A stretch of 64,000 nucleotides of DNA. Origin: Paracoccaceae bacterium. Its GTDB lineage: Bacteria; Pseudomonadota; Alphaproteobacteria; Rhodobacterales; Rhodobacteraceae. The stretch's first letter is position 1. Each line of letters starts with the position of its first letter. Made by a program: the position numbers and the translations under genes. Shown piece by piece: positions 1 through 9,758 of this stretch. Under the pieces are notes generated by a model. It was not told the DNA's origin and ran no database searches. It worked only from the letters and a program-made list of their open reading frames with translations. Location: positions 5,003-69,002 of the forward strand of contig JAUZRU010000003.1 of assembly GCA_030950185.1 (NCBI GenBank), given 5' to 3'.

Positions 1-43
1 GGACGAACACCGCAAGCTGGTCGACCCCATGTCGATGGATTGA
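1..43 (+). CDS. 3' end of an unidentified upstream CDS (partial, 13 codons plus stop)
   Basis: Frame reads ...DEHRKLVDPMSMD followed by TGA at 41-43. Too short to identify. Confidence 0.25.
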   Translation, partial: DEHRKLVDPMSMD

Positions 44-52
44 GAGGGCAGC

Positions 53-685
53 ATGCCGACAAACGAAGCCCTGCAACTGTTTGCCGCCCTGCTGGCGATC
101 ATGAACCCGCTGACGGCGGTGCCGCTGTTTCTGGCGCTGACCGAAGGCGGCCATGAAGGCGAACGCCTGCGAATCGCGTTGCAGGTCGCGGTGATCACCT
201 TCGTGACGCTGACGGTCGTTTTGTTCACCGGCACCTGGATCCTTGACCTGTTCGGCATCACGCTGAACGATTTCCGTGTGGCGGGCGGCATCCTGATCTT
301 TATCATGGCGTTGTCGCTGTTGCGCGCGCGTCCCAGCCGAATGCGCCACGTCCCCGAAGAGGCCAGCGACGAGGCCGTGGGCGAAAACCCCGCCTTTTTC
401 CCGCTGGCCATTCCCATGATGGCGGGGCCCGGGTCGATGACCACCGTCATCCTGTTTGGCAATGATCTGCACGGCCCCGAGGGTTTTGCCCTGGCGCTGG
501 GCATCATCGCGGTGGTCTGCGTCATCATCCTGGCAACACTCAGCGCCGCCAACTGGCTTGCGCGCGAGGTCGGGGTGACGGGCATGAACATCATGACCCG
601 CCTCATGGGGCTGATCCTGGCAGCGGTGGCCGTCAGCATGATCTTTGCCGGCCTGCGCGGCGCCTTTCCGGTGCTGGCGGGATAG
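53..685 (+). CDS. MarC/UPF0056 family integral membrane protein
   Basis: 210-aa polytopic membrane ORF. N-terminal LLAIMNPLTAVPLFL signature is typical of the MarC family. GAGAGGG RBS-like run before the ATG. Confidence 0.85.
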   Translation: MPTNEALQLFAALLAIMNPLTAVPLFLALTEGGHEGERLRIALQVAVITFVTLTVVLFTGTWILDLFGITLNDFRVAGGILIFIMALSLLRARPSRMRHVPEEASDEAVGENPAFFPLAIPMMAGPGSMTTVILFGNDLHGPEGFALALGIIAVVCVIILATLSAANWLAREVGVTGMNIMTRLMGLILAAVAVSMIFAGLRGAFPVLAG

Positions 686-695
686 CTGCCCCTCC

Positions 696-716
696 TTCTT
701 CTTTGTCCAAATACTC
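696..716 (+). repeat. Dispersed 21-bp intergenic repeat, copy 1 (TTCTTCTTTGTCCAAATACTC)
   Basis: Lies 10 nt after the MarC-family stop. C-rich left flank (gcccctcc). Confidence 0.85.
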
Positions 717-836
717 ATGCCCCACGGCCGACCTTGAAAATACCGCCCACGGGGGCTTGCCGACGCTTGCCTCTGGAGTGCGCCCGCGCCCTGTGCTAGA
801 GCGCGCCCAACCCCACAGAGATACGGACCCGTCCAG

Positions 837-2582
837 ATGAATCTTTTCGCCGAAATCAGGAATCTCGTGATCGACAGCCTTGGCCGGATGGTGGATGACG
901 GTACCCTGCCCGAGGGGCTGGATTTCGCCAATGTCACGGTCGAACCCCCGCGCGATGCGCTGCATGGCGACATGGCGACCAATGCCGCGATGGTGCTGGC
1001 AAAACCCGCCGGGCGCAAGCCGCGCGACATTGCCGCCGCGCTGGCCGAACGTCTGGCGGATGATCCCCGCATCCTTGCCGCCGATGTTGCCGGCCCCGGT
1101 TTCCTGAACCTGCGTCTTGCACCGGATGCCTGGCGCGCGGCGATTCCCGTGATCCTTGCCAAGGGGCGCGATTTCGGGCGCTCCGACATGGGGGCAGGGC
1201 GCAAGGTGAATGTCGAATATGTCAGCGCCAACCCCACGGGGCCGCTGCATGTGGGCCACACCCGCGGCGCGGTCTTTGGCGACGCGCTGGCCAGCCTGCT
1301 GGATTTTGCGGGTTTTGATGTGACCCGCGAATATTACATCAACGATGGCGGCGCCCAGGTCGATGTGCTGGCGCGGTCGGTCTATCTGCGCTATCTCGAG
1401 GCCTGCGGCCAGCAGGTCCAGTTCGAGGATGGCACCTATCCGGGCGACTATCTGATCCCCGTGGGCCAGGCGGTAAAGGAAAAATACGGCGAAAGCCTGG
1501 TCGGCAAGCCCGAATCCGTCTGGCTGGCCGATCTGCGCCAATTCGCAACCGACGCCATGATGGAGCTGATCCGCGACGATCTGGCCGCGCTGGGTGTGAA
1601 GATGGACGTCTTTTTCAGCGAAAAATCCCTGTACGGCACCGGCCGGATCGAGGCCGCGATCGAGCTGTTGCGCCAAAAGGGCCTGATCTACGAGGGCACC
1701 CTCGAACCCCCCAAGGGCAAGAAGCCCGAGGATTGGGAGCCCCGCAAGCAGACCCTGTTCAAATCCACCGAACATGGCGACGATGTCGATCGCCCGGTGC
1801 AGAAATCCGATGGTTCCTGGACCTATTTCGCCCCCGACATCGCCTATCACCAGGACAAGATCGCCCGCGGCTTTGACGAGCTGATCGACGTGTGGGGCGC
1901 CGATCATGGCGGCTATGTCAAACGCATGAAGGCGGCGGTGTCGGCGCTGTCCGACGGGCGCGTGCCGCTGGATGTCAAGCTGACCCAGCTGGTCAAGCTG
2001 TACAAGAACGGCCAGCCCTTCAAGATGAGCAAGCGCGCCGGCACGTTCGTCACCCTGCGCGATGTGGTCGATCAGGTGGGATCGGACGTCACCCGTTTTG
2101 TCATGCTGACCCGCAAGAATGACGCGCCGCTGGATTTCGATTTTGCCAAGGTGCTGGAACAGAGTCGCGAAAACCCCGTGTTTTACGTGCAATACGCCCA
2201 TGCGCGGATTTCGTCGGTGCTGAACAAGGCGCGCGCGGCGGGGATCGAGACCGATCTTGCCAAACTGGGACATGCCGACCTGTCCGAGATTGCCCATGAA
2301 TCCGAGATGGCATTGCTGCGCAAGCTGGCCGAATGGCCCCGCCAGCTGGAACTTGCCGCACGCCATCACGAACCTCACCGGGTGGCATTCTACCTTTACG
2401 ATCTGGCTTCCGACTTTCATGCGCTGTGGAACAAGGGCAATGAATTGCCCGAGCTGCGTTTCCTGCAAGAGGACAATCCGCAACGCTCGAAAGGGAAAAT
2501 TGCACTGATAACAGCAGTTTCCGTTGTGATTTCTGCTGGTCTTGGTATTCTTGGCGTAACCCCGATGACAGAAATGCGGTAA
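837..2582 (+). CDS. argS: Arginine--tRNA ligase
   Basis: 581 aa. Class I aaRS motifs PLHVGH (HIGH-type) and KMSKRAG (KMSKS-type). Length and layout are typical of ArgS. Confidence 0.97.
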   Translation: MNLFAEIRNLVIDSLGRMVDDGTLPEGLDFANVTVEPPRDALHGDMATNAAMVLAKPAGRKPRDIAAALAERLADDPRILAADVAGPGFLNLRLAPDAWRAAIPVILAKGRDFGRSDMGAGRKVNVEYVSANPTGPLHVGHTRGAVFGDALASLLDFAGFDVTREYYINDGGAQVDVLARSVYLRYLEACGQQVQFEDGTYPGDYLIPVGQAVKEKYGESLVGKPESVWLADLRQFATDAMMELIRDDLAALGVKMDVFFSEKSLYGTGRIEAAIELLRQKGLIYEGTLEPPKGKKPEDWEPRKQTLFKSTEHGDDVDRPVQKSDGSWTYFAPDIAYHQDKIARGFDELIDVWGADHGGYVKRMKAAVSALSDGRVPLDVKLTQLVKLYKNGQPFKMSKRAGTFVTLRDVVDQVGSDVTRFVMLTRKNDAPLDFDFAKVLEQSRENPVFYVQYAHARISSVLNKARAAGIETDLAKLGHADLSEIAHESEMALLRKLAEWPRQLELAARHHEPHRVAFYLYDLASDFHALWNKGNELPELRFLQEDNPQRSKGKIALITAVSVVISAGLGILGVTPMTEMR

Positions 2583-2629
2583 CAAAACCGCAACATAACA
2601 CAAAATATCGGGTTTCGAGCAGGTGCGCA

Positions 2630-2643
2630 CACAACATGTTGTG
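2630..2643. promoter_or_regulatory. 14-bp perfect palindrome CACAACATGTTGTG upstream of the SPOR-nagZ-scpAB unit
   Basis: Exactly self-complementary. Lies in the AT-rich argS-SPOR spacer, 20 nt before the ATG at 2663. Confidence 0.3.
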
Positions 2644-2662
2644 GCGAATATGAGGCAGGCAA

Positions 2663-3601
2663 ATGGCAGACAATGTCGATTTCCGGGATGTATTTCCCGC
2701 ACAGGATGAATCCGCGACCGTTGGTCTGACGACTTTGACCAACTGGTTGGGCGCAATTGTTTCGCTTTCGCTGATGATCGGCCTGGGTTTCTGGGGCTAC
2801 AAGCTGGCGATGCGTGACGTCACAGGCGTTCCGGTGGTGAGGGCCATGGCCGGGCCGATGCGGATACAACCCGATGATCCCGGTGGCGAGGTCGTCGCCT
2901 ATCAGGGGCTGGCCGTGAACAGGGTTCAGTCCAAGGGCAGTGTTGCGCCCCCGGCCGAGCGCGTGGTCCTGGCGCCGCCCCCGGTCAAGCTTGACGGAAA
3001 CGAGGACCTGACGGTTGCGCAGCTCGAGCGCAAGCAGAATACCGCCGTCGCCCATCTGGATGAAAAGCCGAAAAATGTTGCGGATGTCAGCTCCTCGGCC
3101 ACCGACACCGAAATCAATATCGAGGACGCAATCCGCCTTGCGATGAAAGAGACGGTTCCGGTCAAGAAGGCGCGCAAGCTGGCGACACTGAAAGGGGTGA
3201 AGGGGTCTGTCCGCCCCAAGCTCCGCCCGCGCTCGGCCCTGGCGGCAAACACCCCTCTGGGGTTGCTGCCCAAGGCCAAGAGCCCGCCGGCAACACCGGT
3301 TTCGACCCCCATATATGCAACGGCGTCCGTATCGCCGGACCAGATCGCACCGGGAACAAGTCTTGTTCAGTTGGGGGCCTTCAACAGCCGCGACATGGCA
3401 TTGCGCGAATGGAGGCTGATTCGTGAGCGCAACAGGGATCTCATCGGCAATCGCCGCGAAGTGATCCTGAAGGCAACAAGCGGTGGGCGCCCGTTCTATC
3501 GCCTGCGGATGATCGGTTTTCGGGATATCGAGGATTCCCGCCGCCTGTGCACGGCGCTGGTTGCGCGTGGAACCCCCTGCATCCCGGTGATCGCCCGCTG
3601 A
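2663..3601 (+). CDS. SPOR domain-containing membrane protein
   Basis: N-terminal TM helix (LGAIVSLSLMIGLGFWGY), Pro/Ala-rich linker, and a C-terminal SPOR-like segment (LVQLGAFNSRDMALREW...FYRLRMIGF...ARG). Confidence 0.8.
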   Translation: MADNVDFRDVFPAQDESATVGLTTLTNWLGAIVSLSLMIGLGFWGYKLAMRDVTGVPVVRAMAGPMRIQPDDPGGEVVAYQGLAVNRVQSKGSVAPPAERVVLAPPPVKLDGNEDLTVAQLERKQNTAVAHLDEKPKNVADVSSSATDTEINIEDAIRLAMKETVPVKKARKLATLKGVKGSVRPKLRPRSALAANTPLGLLPKAKSPPATPVSTPIYATASVSPDQIAPGTSLVQLGAFNSRDMALREWRLIRERNRDLIGNRREVILKATSGGRPFYRLRMIGFRDIEDSRRLCTALVARGTPCIPVIAR

Positions 3602-4608
3602 TGCCCCCCCACGGGGCATGCATCCTGGGCTGTGGTGGCGCTATGCTGGATGACAGCGAGCGCCGCTTTTTTCGCGAGACCGATCCCTTTGGTTTCATCC
3701 TGTTTGCGCGCAATGTTGAAAACCCCGACCAGCTGCGCGCCCTGTGTAATGAGCTGCGCGAAACCGTTGGCCGTGATGCCCCGATCCTGATCGATCAGGA
3801 AGGCGGTCGCGTGGCACGGCTGCGTGCGCCCCATTGGCATGAATGGCTGCCCGCGCTGGAGCAGGTCCGGCGTTGTCGTCCGGCGGATGCGCCCCGCGCG
3901 ATGTGGTTGCGCTATCGTCTGATTGCACAAGATCTGCGCGCCGTCGGTATCGACGTGAACTGCGCACCGATGGTCGATGTGCCAAGCGCACAAGTGCACC
4001 AGATCATCCGCGACCGCTGCTATGGGCTCGATGCCGCCACCGTCACCCGCAACGGCCGCGCCGTGGCCGATGGTCTGCTGGCGGGCGGTGTGCTGCCGGT
4101 TCTGAAGCATATCCCCGGCCACGGTCGGCCCAGTGCCGACAGCCATGTTGACCTCCCCCGCACGGATGCGCCGATTGACGCGCTGCGCGAGGTGGATTTT
4201 GCGCCCTTCAAGGCGCTTGCCGATCTGCCCATGGGGATGACGGCGCATGTGGTTTACGGCGCGCTCGACCCCGACAGGCCGGCAACATTGTCGCCCGTGG
4301 TCATTGATGTCATCCGCCGCGAGATCGGCTTTGACGGCCTGCTGATGAGCGACGACCTGTCCATGCAGGCCTTGCAGGGCAGTCTGGATCGGCGGACCAC
4401 AGGCGCCCTTGCGGCAGGCTGTGACGTGGTGCTGCACTGCAATGGCGACATGGCCGAGATGGAACAGGTTGCCACCGCTGCGGGCCGCATGGATGGTGCC
4501 GCCACCCGGCGGGCCGACAGGGCGCTGGCGCTCCGGCATCAGCCGGATACGGTCGACCGAAACACCCTCTTGGCGGAACTCGACGACCTGCTTATGCTGG
4601 GCGGGTGA
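3601..4608 (+). CDS. nagZ: Beta-N-acetylhexosaminidase (GH3, peptidoglycan recycling)
   Basis: GH3 motifs LIDQEGGRVARL and KHIPGHGR. The ATG at 3601 shares one base with the SPOR gene stop (TGATG). The ORF-track extension back to 3547 overlaps the SPOR CDS and is judged spurious. Confidence 0.9.
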   Translation: MPPHGACILGCGGAMLDDSERRFFRETDPFGFILFARNVENPDQLRALCNELRETVGRDAPILIDQEGGRVARLRAPHWHEWLPALEQVRRCRPADAPRAMWLRYRLIAQDLRAVGIDVNCAPMVDVPSAQVHQIIRDRCYGLDAATVTRNGRAVADGLLAGGVLPVLKHIPGHGRPSADSHVDLPRTDAPIDALREVDFAPFKALADLPMGMTAHVVYGALDPDRPATLSPVVIDVIRREIGFDGLLMSDDLSMQALQGSLDRRTTGALAAGCDVVLHCNGDMAEMEQVATAAGRMDGAATRRADRALALRHQPDTVDRNTLLAELDDLLMLGG

Positions 4609-5435
4609 TGAACCAGACAGATCCGAACACCGACGCGCCCGCCAAGGCGGATGCCTATGGCGCGGAAAGCGAGATCGCCGCGCGGCTGAAGGCCGAGGCG
4701 CTGATCGTCGATGTCGATGGTTTCGAGGGGCCGCTTGACCTGCTGCTGACACTGTCGCGCACGCAAAAGGTGGATCTGCGCAAGATCTCGGTTCTGCAAC
4801 TGGCCGAACAATATCTGCAATTCATCGAGCGCGCCAAAAGCCTGCGAATCGAGCTGGCTGCTGATTATCTGGTCATGGCGGCCTGGATGGCCTATCTCAA
4901 ATCCCGCCTGCTGCTGCCCCCCGACCCCGAGGACGAAGGCCCCAGCGGCGAGGAACTGGCCGCCCACCTGGCCTTTCAGCTGGAACGCCTCGAGGCCATG
5001 CGCCGCGCTGCCGCCCGTCTCATGGCGCGCGACCAGCTGGGGCGCGATTTCTTTGCCCGCGGCATCCCCGAGGCAGTGACCGCCACGCGCAAGGTGAAAT
5101 ATACCGCAACCGTGCTTGACCTGATGCAGGCCTATGCCAATGTGCGCACCCGCGACGATTTCGAACCGCTGGCCTTCAAGCGGGATTCGATCTTTACCAT
5201 GGAACAGGCGCTGGAACGGATGAAGATACTGATCGGCCACGCGATGGAATGGAGCGACCTTTCCCAGTTCCTGCCCGAAGGCTGGACTCAAGACCCCAAG
5301 AGGCGGCGTTCAGCCATGGCCGCCAGCTTTGCCGCCTCGCTCGAGTTGGCCAAGCTGGGCCAGGTCGAGCTGCGCCAGGACGAGATGTTCGCTCCGATCA
5401 TGTTGCGTCGAAGGGGGGCCGCGAATGGACAGTGA
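4608..5435 (+). CDS. scpA: Segregation and condensation protein A
   Basis: ScpA-like GPLDLLLTLSRTQKVDLRKISVLQLAEQYLQFI. The ATG overlaps the nagZ TGA by 1 nt (a GTG at 4605 is also possible). Confidence 0.9.
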   Translation: MNQTDPNTDAPAKADAYGAESEIAARLKAEALIVDVDGFEGPLDLLLTLSRTQKVDLRKISVLQLAEQYLQFIERAKSLRIELAADYLVMAAWMAYLKSRLLLPPDPEDEGPSGEELAAHLAFQLERLEAMRRAAARLMARDQLGRDFFARGIPEAVTATRKVKYTATVLDLMQAYANVRTRDDFEPLAFKRDSIFTMEQALERMKILIGHAMEWSDLSQFLPEGWTQDPKRRRSAMAASFAASLELAKLGQVELRQDEMFAPIMLRRRGAANGQ

Positions 5436-6081
5436 TCTGGCGCCCGAAAACGACACCCTGTTCGACGCCCCTCCCATGGCGGAACAGGAACGCATGGTCG
5501 AGGCGATCCTCTTTGCCTCGGCCGAGCCGCTGAGCATGCGCGAAATATCCGAACGCCTGCCCCATGGCTGTGACGCGGCCGAGGCGCTGGCCCATCTGCG
5601 CAAACGCTACGAGGGGCGCGGCGTGCGCGTGGTAAAGGTGGGCGATGCCTGGGCGTTTCGCACCGCGCCCGACCTGGGCTTTCTGATGCAAAAGGAACGC
5701 GTTGAAACCCGCAAGCTCAGCCGCGCCGCCATCGAGACGCTGGCCATCATCGCTTATCACCAGCCCGTCACCCGTGCCGAGATCGAGGAAATCCGTGGCG
5801 TTTCCGTATCCCGCGGCACGCTTGACATGCTGATGGATATGGAATGGATCCGCCTTGGCCGCCGCCGCATGACCCCCGGCCGCCCGGTGACATTTGTGGT
5901 AACCCAGACCTTCCTTGACCATTTCGGCCTTGAAAGCCCGCGCGACCTGCCCGGCATCCGCGAGCTGCGCGAGGCTGGCCTGCTGGACAACCGCCCGCCA
6001 CCGGGCGCCATGCCGGGCATCATTGCCGACGACCCGGACGAGGGCGACACGCCCGACGATCAGGAAGAAATGTTTGAATAA
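5425..6081 (+). CDS. scpB: Segregation and condensation protein B
   Basis: ScpB motifs VEAILFASAEPLS and IAYHQPVTRAEIEEIRGV. The internal ATG at 5425 overlaps the scpA end by 11 nt. The upstream ORF extension lies inside scpA. Confidence 0.9.
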   Translation: MDSDLAPENDTLFDAPPMAEQERMVEAILFASAEPLSMREISERLPHGCDAAEALAHLRKRYEGRGVRVVKVGDAWAFRTAPDLGFLMQKERVETRKLSRAAIETLAIIAYHQPVTRAEIEEIRGVSVSRGTLDMLMDMEWIRLGRRRMTPGRPVTFVVTQTFLDHFGLESPRDLPGIRELREAGLLDNRPPPGAMPGIIADDPDEGDTPDDQEEMFE

Positions 6082-6095
6082 CACGCGTCCCGCGC

Positions 6096-6116
6096 TTCTT
6101 CTTTGCACAAATACTC
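6096..6116 (+). repeat. Dispersed 21-bp intergenic repeat, copy 2 (TTCTTCTTTGCACAAATACTC)
   Basis: Lies 14 nt after the scpB stop. G-rich right flank (ggagggggggagg), followed by hairpin GGGGGC-ggca-GCCCCC at 6142-6157. Confidence 0.85.
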
Positions 6117-6192
6117 GGAGGGGGGGAGGCCCGACAGGGCCGGGGGCGGCAGCCCCCAATCCAACCCATGGGCGCCAGCCCCCTGCAGGCCA

Positions 6193-7278
6193 TCACACCC
6201 TGAAATGCTTGGACAGCTTCAACCCCTGTCCCTGATAATTCGATCCCAGATCCACCCCGTACAGCATGTCGGGCGCTGCCCGCATCCGCTCATACACAAG
6301 GCGTCCGACGATCTGCCCGTGTTCCAGCGCAAAGGGCGCCTCGTGACAGCGCACTTCAAGCACCCCGCGCGAACCGTGCCCGCCTGCCGCCGCATGGCCG
6401 AATCCAGGGTCGAAAAAGCCCGCGTAATGCACCCGGAATTCGCCGACCATGGCCAGATAGGGGGCCATTTCGGCTGCATAAAGCGGCGGAATATGCACGG
6501 CTTCGCGGCTGACCAGAATATAGAACGCGTCCGGATCCAGGATGATGCGCCCATGTTCGGCATGTACCTCTTCCCAGAAATCACGCGCTGCGTAGTGGTT
6601 GATCAGGTCGAGGTCGATCACCCCGGTGTGGGGCTTTGCCCGCCAGCCAACCAGCGTGCCCTTTGCCGGCCTCAGATCCACCGAAAAGCCCAGCCCGCCG
6701 TCGATATGGGCCTCGCCCGATACAAGTTTCTGGTCCGCGTGCAGTTGCATGAGCGCCGCGTCATCCAGCACGGCCTGCCCCTGGCGAAACCGGATCTGGT
6801 TCAGCCGCATTCCGGGACGCACCAGCACCGAAAAGGATCGCGGGCAGATTTCGGCATATAGCGGGCCGCCATAGCCCGCCTCGATCCGGTCAAACTCGAC
6901 CCCGTGATCGGTGATCAGACGGGTCAGCAGATCCAGCCTGCCGGTCGAGCTTTTGGCGTTGGCAACCGCGCTGATGCCGGGCGGCAGCGCCAGCGATTCC
7001 ATCAACGGCACCACATAGACACAGCCCTTTTCCAGAACTGCGCCGTGGGACAGGTCGATCTTGTGCATCTCGAACTCGGCCAGACGCTCGGCCACTCGGC
7101 CTGCGCGGCCGGGCAGAAAGCTGGCCCGCACGCGCCAGGCGGTGTCGCCAAGACGCAGGTCCAGGCTGGCGGGTTGTATCTGCTGGGCGGGGATGGGGTG
7201 GTCGGCGCTGATCTGCCCGTGGGCGATCATCTCGGCAATGTGCTGCGAGGGGAAAACACCGCTCTGGCTGCTGGTCAT
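6193..7278 (-). CDS. dcd: 2'-deoxycytidine 5'-triphosphate deaminase (long, ~360-aa form)
   Basis: 361 aa. dCTP-deaminase/dUTPase-fold signatures (PASLDLRLG, GFFDPGFG). The long two-domain form is common in alphaproteobacteria. Confidence 0.8.
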   Translation of the reverse strand: MTSSQSGVFPSQHIAEMIAHGQISADHPIPAQQIQPASLDLRLGDTAWRVRASFLPGRAGRVAERLAEFEMHKIDLSHGAVLEKGCVYVVPLMESLALPPGISAVANAKSSTGRLDLLTRLITDHGVEFDRIEAGYGGPLYAEICPRSFSVLVRPGMRLNQIRFRQGQAVLDDAALMQLHADQKLVSGEAHIDGGLGFSVDLRPAKGTLVGWRAKPHTGVIDLDLINHYAARDFWEEVHAEHGRIILDPDAFYILVSREAVHIPPLYAAEMAPYLAMVGEFRVHYAGFFDPGFGHAAAGGHGSRGVLEVRCHEAPFALEHGQIVGRLVYERMRAAPDMLYGVDLGSNYQGQGLKLSKHFRV

Positions 7279-7333
7279 TGCTCGGCCCCCTGTGTTCGGG
7301 CCGGTGTTGTGCGCGGCCCCTTGCGGTGCGCTA

Positions 7334-7410
7334 TGGTCGGGCTAGCAGGATTCGAACCTGCGACCTCTCGTCCCCCAGACGAACGCGCTACCAGACTGCG
7401 CTATAGCCCG
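7334..7410 (-). tRNA. tRNA-Pro (anticodon GGG)
   Basis: The reverse complement folds as a cloverleaf. Acceptor CGGGCTA/TAGCCCG, D-arm GCGC/GCGC, anticodon stem TTCGT/ACGAG with loop CTGGGGG (anticodon GGG), T-arm GCAGG-TTCGAAT-CCTGC, and an encoded ACCA 3' end. Confidence 0.93.
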
Positions 7411-7420
7411 ACTAGCGGTG

Positions 7421-7449
7421 GTTATACGGTTTTTGTGCAGGCCTGCAAG
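7421..7449 (-). promoter_or_regulatory. Candidate sigma70-type promoter for tRNA-Pro
   Basis: The minus strand reads CTTGCA-17 nt-TATAAC, ending 10 nt before the mature tRNA 5' end. Confidence 0.35.
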
Positions 7450-7507
7450 CGGGAAAGAGGGGCCACAGCGTCGGAATCCAAAGTTCGCCACATCGAATTT
7501 TCATTTC

Positions 7508-7527
7508 CCGGATCACTTGTGATCCGG
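7508..7527. promoter_or_regulatory. 9-bp perfect inverted repeat CCGGATCAC-TT-GTGATCCGG
   Basis: Read directly from the sequence. Lies in the ~300-bp gene-free zone between tRNA-Pro and the MerR-family gene 3' end. Hairpin CCCGCC-cccca-GGCGGG follows at 7540-7556. Confidence 0.3.
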
Positions 7528-7719
7528 TTCGCGCCCGACCCCGCCCCCCAGGCGGGTGCGAATTGGTGGTACCGTTTCAACAGACTGCAATGTTGCACTC
7601 GCGAAAACCCATGCGCAGATCTTGCTGCGCCCCCTCGGGGCCGGGCGCGAACCTCGCCTTGCGCGAAGTTTTCGATGATACGGATTACGGTTCTGCCCTG
7701 CCAGAGCGGCGCAATCGGA

Positions 7720-8343
7720 TCATTCCGGTTTGATGCTTGCTGCAACCCGGTCGCGCAGGCCCTTGAGGTGGTTGTAAAGCGCGACGAGGCGCTCGTCATC
7801 GCTCATCTCGGGGTTGGTGGGCCAGGGGGGGCGGGGTGCTACATCAACAGCTGCGGCCTGTCGTGCCGCGCGGTCGATCATCGGTTCCTGTGGGGATTCG
7901 CTTGCAGCAGGGGCCTGATCGGCGTCGGGGGCCGGTTCCTGCGTGTCCGGTTCCTGCTCTTGTGCGGCCGAAAGGAGGGGCTCGGCCGGATCATCAGCCG
8001 CCGAGGGTGTCTTGTCGGGCTTTGACGGTTCCGCGCGCCTGTTGGCACCTTCCGGTTGATAGCCTTCGATCTCGCGGTCCGAAAGAGAGGCGACATATTT
8101 CACCCCCTTTTCCCGCAGGATCTTTTTCACGCCCTTGATGGTCAGCCCGTCTTCGTGCAGCAGGCGCTTGATGCCGGCCAGCAGCATCATGTCCGAGGGG
8201 CGGTAATAGCGCCGCCCGCCGGCCCGTTTCACGGGTTTGATCTGTGAAAACTTGCTTTCCCAGAAACGCAGCACATGGGCCGGGGTGTCCAGCCATTCGG
8301 ATACTTCGCTGATGGTGCGGAATGCGTCCGGGGATTTGGCCAT
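7720..8343 (-). CDS. MerR family transcriptional regulator
   Basis: N-terminal MerR HTH ([24 protein letters not shown]...[11 protein letters not shown]). Lies 15 nt downstream of ihfA on the same strand. Confidence 0.85.
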   Translation of the reverse strand: MAKSPDAFRTISEVSEWLDTPAHVLRFWESKFSQIKPVKRAGGRRYYRPSDMMLLAGIKRLLHEDGLTIKGVKKILREKGVKYVASLSDREIEGYQPEGANRRAEPSKPDKTPSAADDPAEPLLSAAQEQEPDTQEPAPDADQAPAASESPQEPMIDRAARQAAAVDVAPRPPWPTNPEMSDDERLVALYNHLKGLRDRVAASIKPE

Positions 8344-8358
8344 CTGCCCTGGTTCCGC

Positions 8359-8661
8359 CTAGCGCCGGTTGCCGGCGGCCACGCGTTCCTTCATCAGATG
8401 CGACGGCCGGAAGGTCAGCACCCGGCGGGGCGAAATGGGCACCTCTTCACCCGTCTTGGGATTGCGCCCGATCCGCGCGCGCTTGTCCCGTACGCTGAAT
8501 GTGCCAAAGGACGAGATCTTGACGTTTTCGCCCCGCACCAGGGCGTCGGACATATGTCTGAGGACCGATTCGACCAGCTCGGCCGATTCATTTCTGGACA
8601 GCCCGACTTCGCGAAATACCGCTTCGGACAGATCCATTCGTGTCAAAGTTTTTCCGGCCAT
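8359..8661 (-). CDS. ihfA: Integration host factor subunit alpha
   Basis: 100 aa with an HU/IHF fold. Reads [10 protein letters not shown]...GFGTF-like [32 protein letters not shown]. Confidence 0.95.
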   Translation of the reverse strand: MAGKTLTRMDLSEAVFREVGLSRNESAELVESVLRHMSDALVRGENVKISSFGTFSVRDKRARIGRNPKTGEEVPISPRRVLTFRPSHLMKERVAAGNRR

Positions 8662-8771
8662 TTATCTACCCCCCAAAGAATATGTTGGAAGATTGGTGGA
8701 AACCCCCGCCCGAGTCAATATCAACGTCAAGATCAACAGCTTGGAAACAGGCGATAAATTGCGCAGATCTC

Positions 8772-9749
8772 CTACCAGCGCAGAACCACGGCACCCCAGG
8801 CAAGGCCGCCGCCGATGGCCTCGGCCACCAGAATCTGGCCCTTTTCGATCTGTCCGCGCCCGGCTGCAACCGATAGCGCCAGCGGAATCGAGGCCGCCGA
8901 GGTGTTGCCGTGATCCTGGATCGTAAGCACCACGCGCTCCATCGGCAGGCCCATCTTTTTGGCGGTTCCCTGAATGATGCGGATATTGGCCTGATGCGGC
9001 ACCAGCCAGTCCACATCGGCGTCGCTCAACCCCACCTTGGCCAGCGCGGCTTCGGCGGTTTCGGTCAGTTTGCCCACGGCCTGACGGAAAAGGGCATTGC
9101 CCTGCATGCGCAGATGGCCGGCCTGCCCCGTGGTCGAGACCCCGCCATCCACATACAGCATGTCACGATAGCGCCCGTCGGAATTGAGGTCGGCGGCAAG
9201 AACCCCGCGGTCGCTGCTGTCGCCCTGGCCCTGCCGGGCCTCAAGCACCAGCGCGCCGGCGCCGTCGCCGAACAGCACGCAGGTCGAACGGTCGGTCCAG
9301 TCCATGATCCGCGAAAAGGTTTCTGCCCCGATCACAAGGATGCGTCTTGCCTGCCCCGACACGATCAACGCATTGGCATTGGTCAGGGCAAAGATGAAAC
9401 CCGCACAGACCGCCTGCACGTCAAAGCCAAAGCCGCGGGTCATGCCAAGTTCGGCCTGCACCATGGTCGCGACAGAAGGGAAGGTCAGGTCGGGGGTCGA
9501 GGTGGCCAGCACGATCGCGTCGATATCATCGGGCTGAAGCCCGGCATTTTCAAGCGCGGCGCGGGCTGCATGGGTGGCCATCTGCGAGGTCGTTTCGCCC
9601 TCGGCCGCAAAGTGCCGTCGTTCGATTCCGCTGCGCGTGCGAATCCACTCGTCGCTGGTGTCCAGGGTTTTTTCGAATTCGCTGTTGGGAACCACGCGTT
9701 CGGGCAGGTAATGCCCGACACCTCTGACGACTGCTCGGATAACGCTCAT
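8772..9749 (-). CDS. fabH: Beta-ketoacyl-ACP synthase III
   Basis: 325 aa. Active-site context AVCAGF, HQANIRI and GNTSAASIP. Confidence 0.95.
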   Translation of the reverse strand: MSVIRAVVRGVGHYLPERVVPNSEFEKTLDTSDEWIRTRSGIERRHFAAEGETTSQMATHAARAALENAGLQPDDIDAIVLATSTPDLTFPSVATMVQAELGMTRGFGFDVQAVCAGFIFALTNANALIVSGQARRILVIGAETFSRIMDWTDRSTCVLFGDGAGALVLEARQGQGDSSDRGVLAADLNSDGRYRDMLYVDGGVSTTGQAGHLRMQGNALFRQAVGKLTETAEAALAKVGLSDADVDWLVPHQANIRIIQGTAKKMGLPMERVVLTIQDHGNTSAASIPLALSVAAGRGQIEKGQILVAEAIGGGLAWGAVVLRW

Positions 9750-9758
9750 TCTGGAAGA

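Noticed and set aside
633-2756. 707-aa ORF antisense to argS
   Set aside because: The opposite strand encodes a complete ArgS with catalytic motifs. The translation of this ORF is Arg/Gly/Ala/His-rich with no motifs. Long stop-free antisense frames are expected in GC-rich DNA.
7334-7410. tRNA-Pro as a possible genomic-island integration site
   Set aside because: The tRNA 3' end is 55 nt from the dcd start. There is no integrase, no direct repeat of the tRNA 3' end, and no accessory genes on either side.
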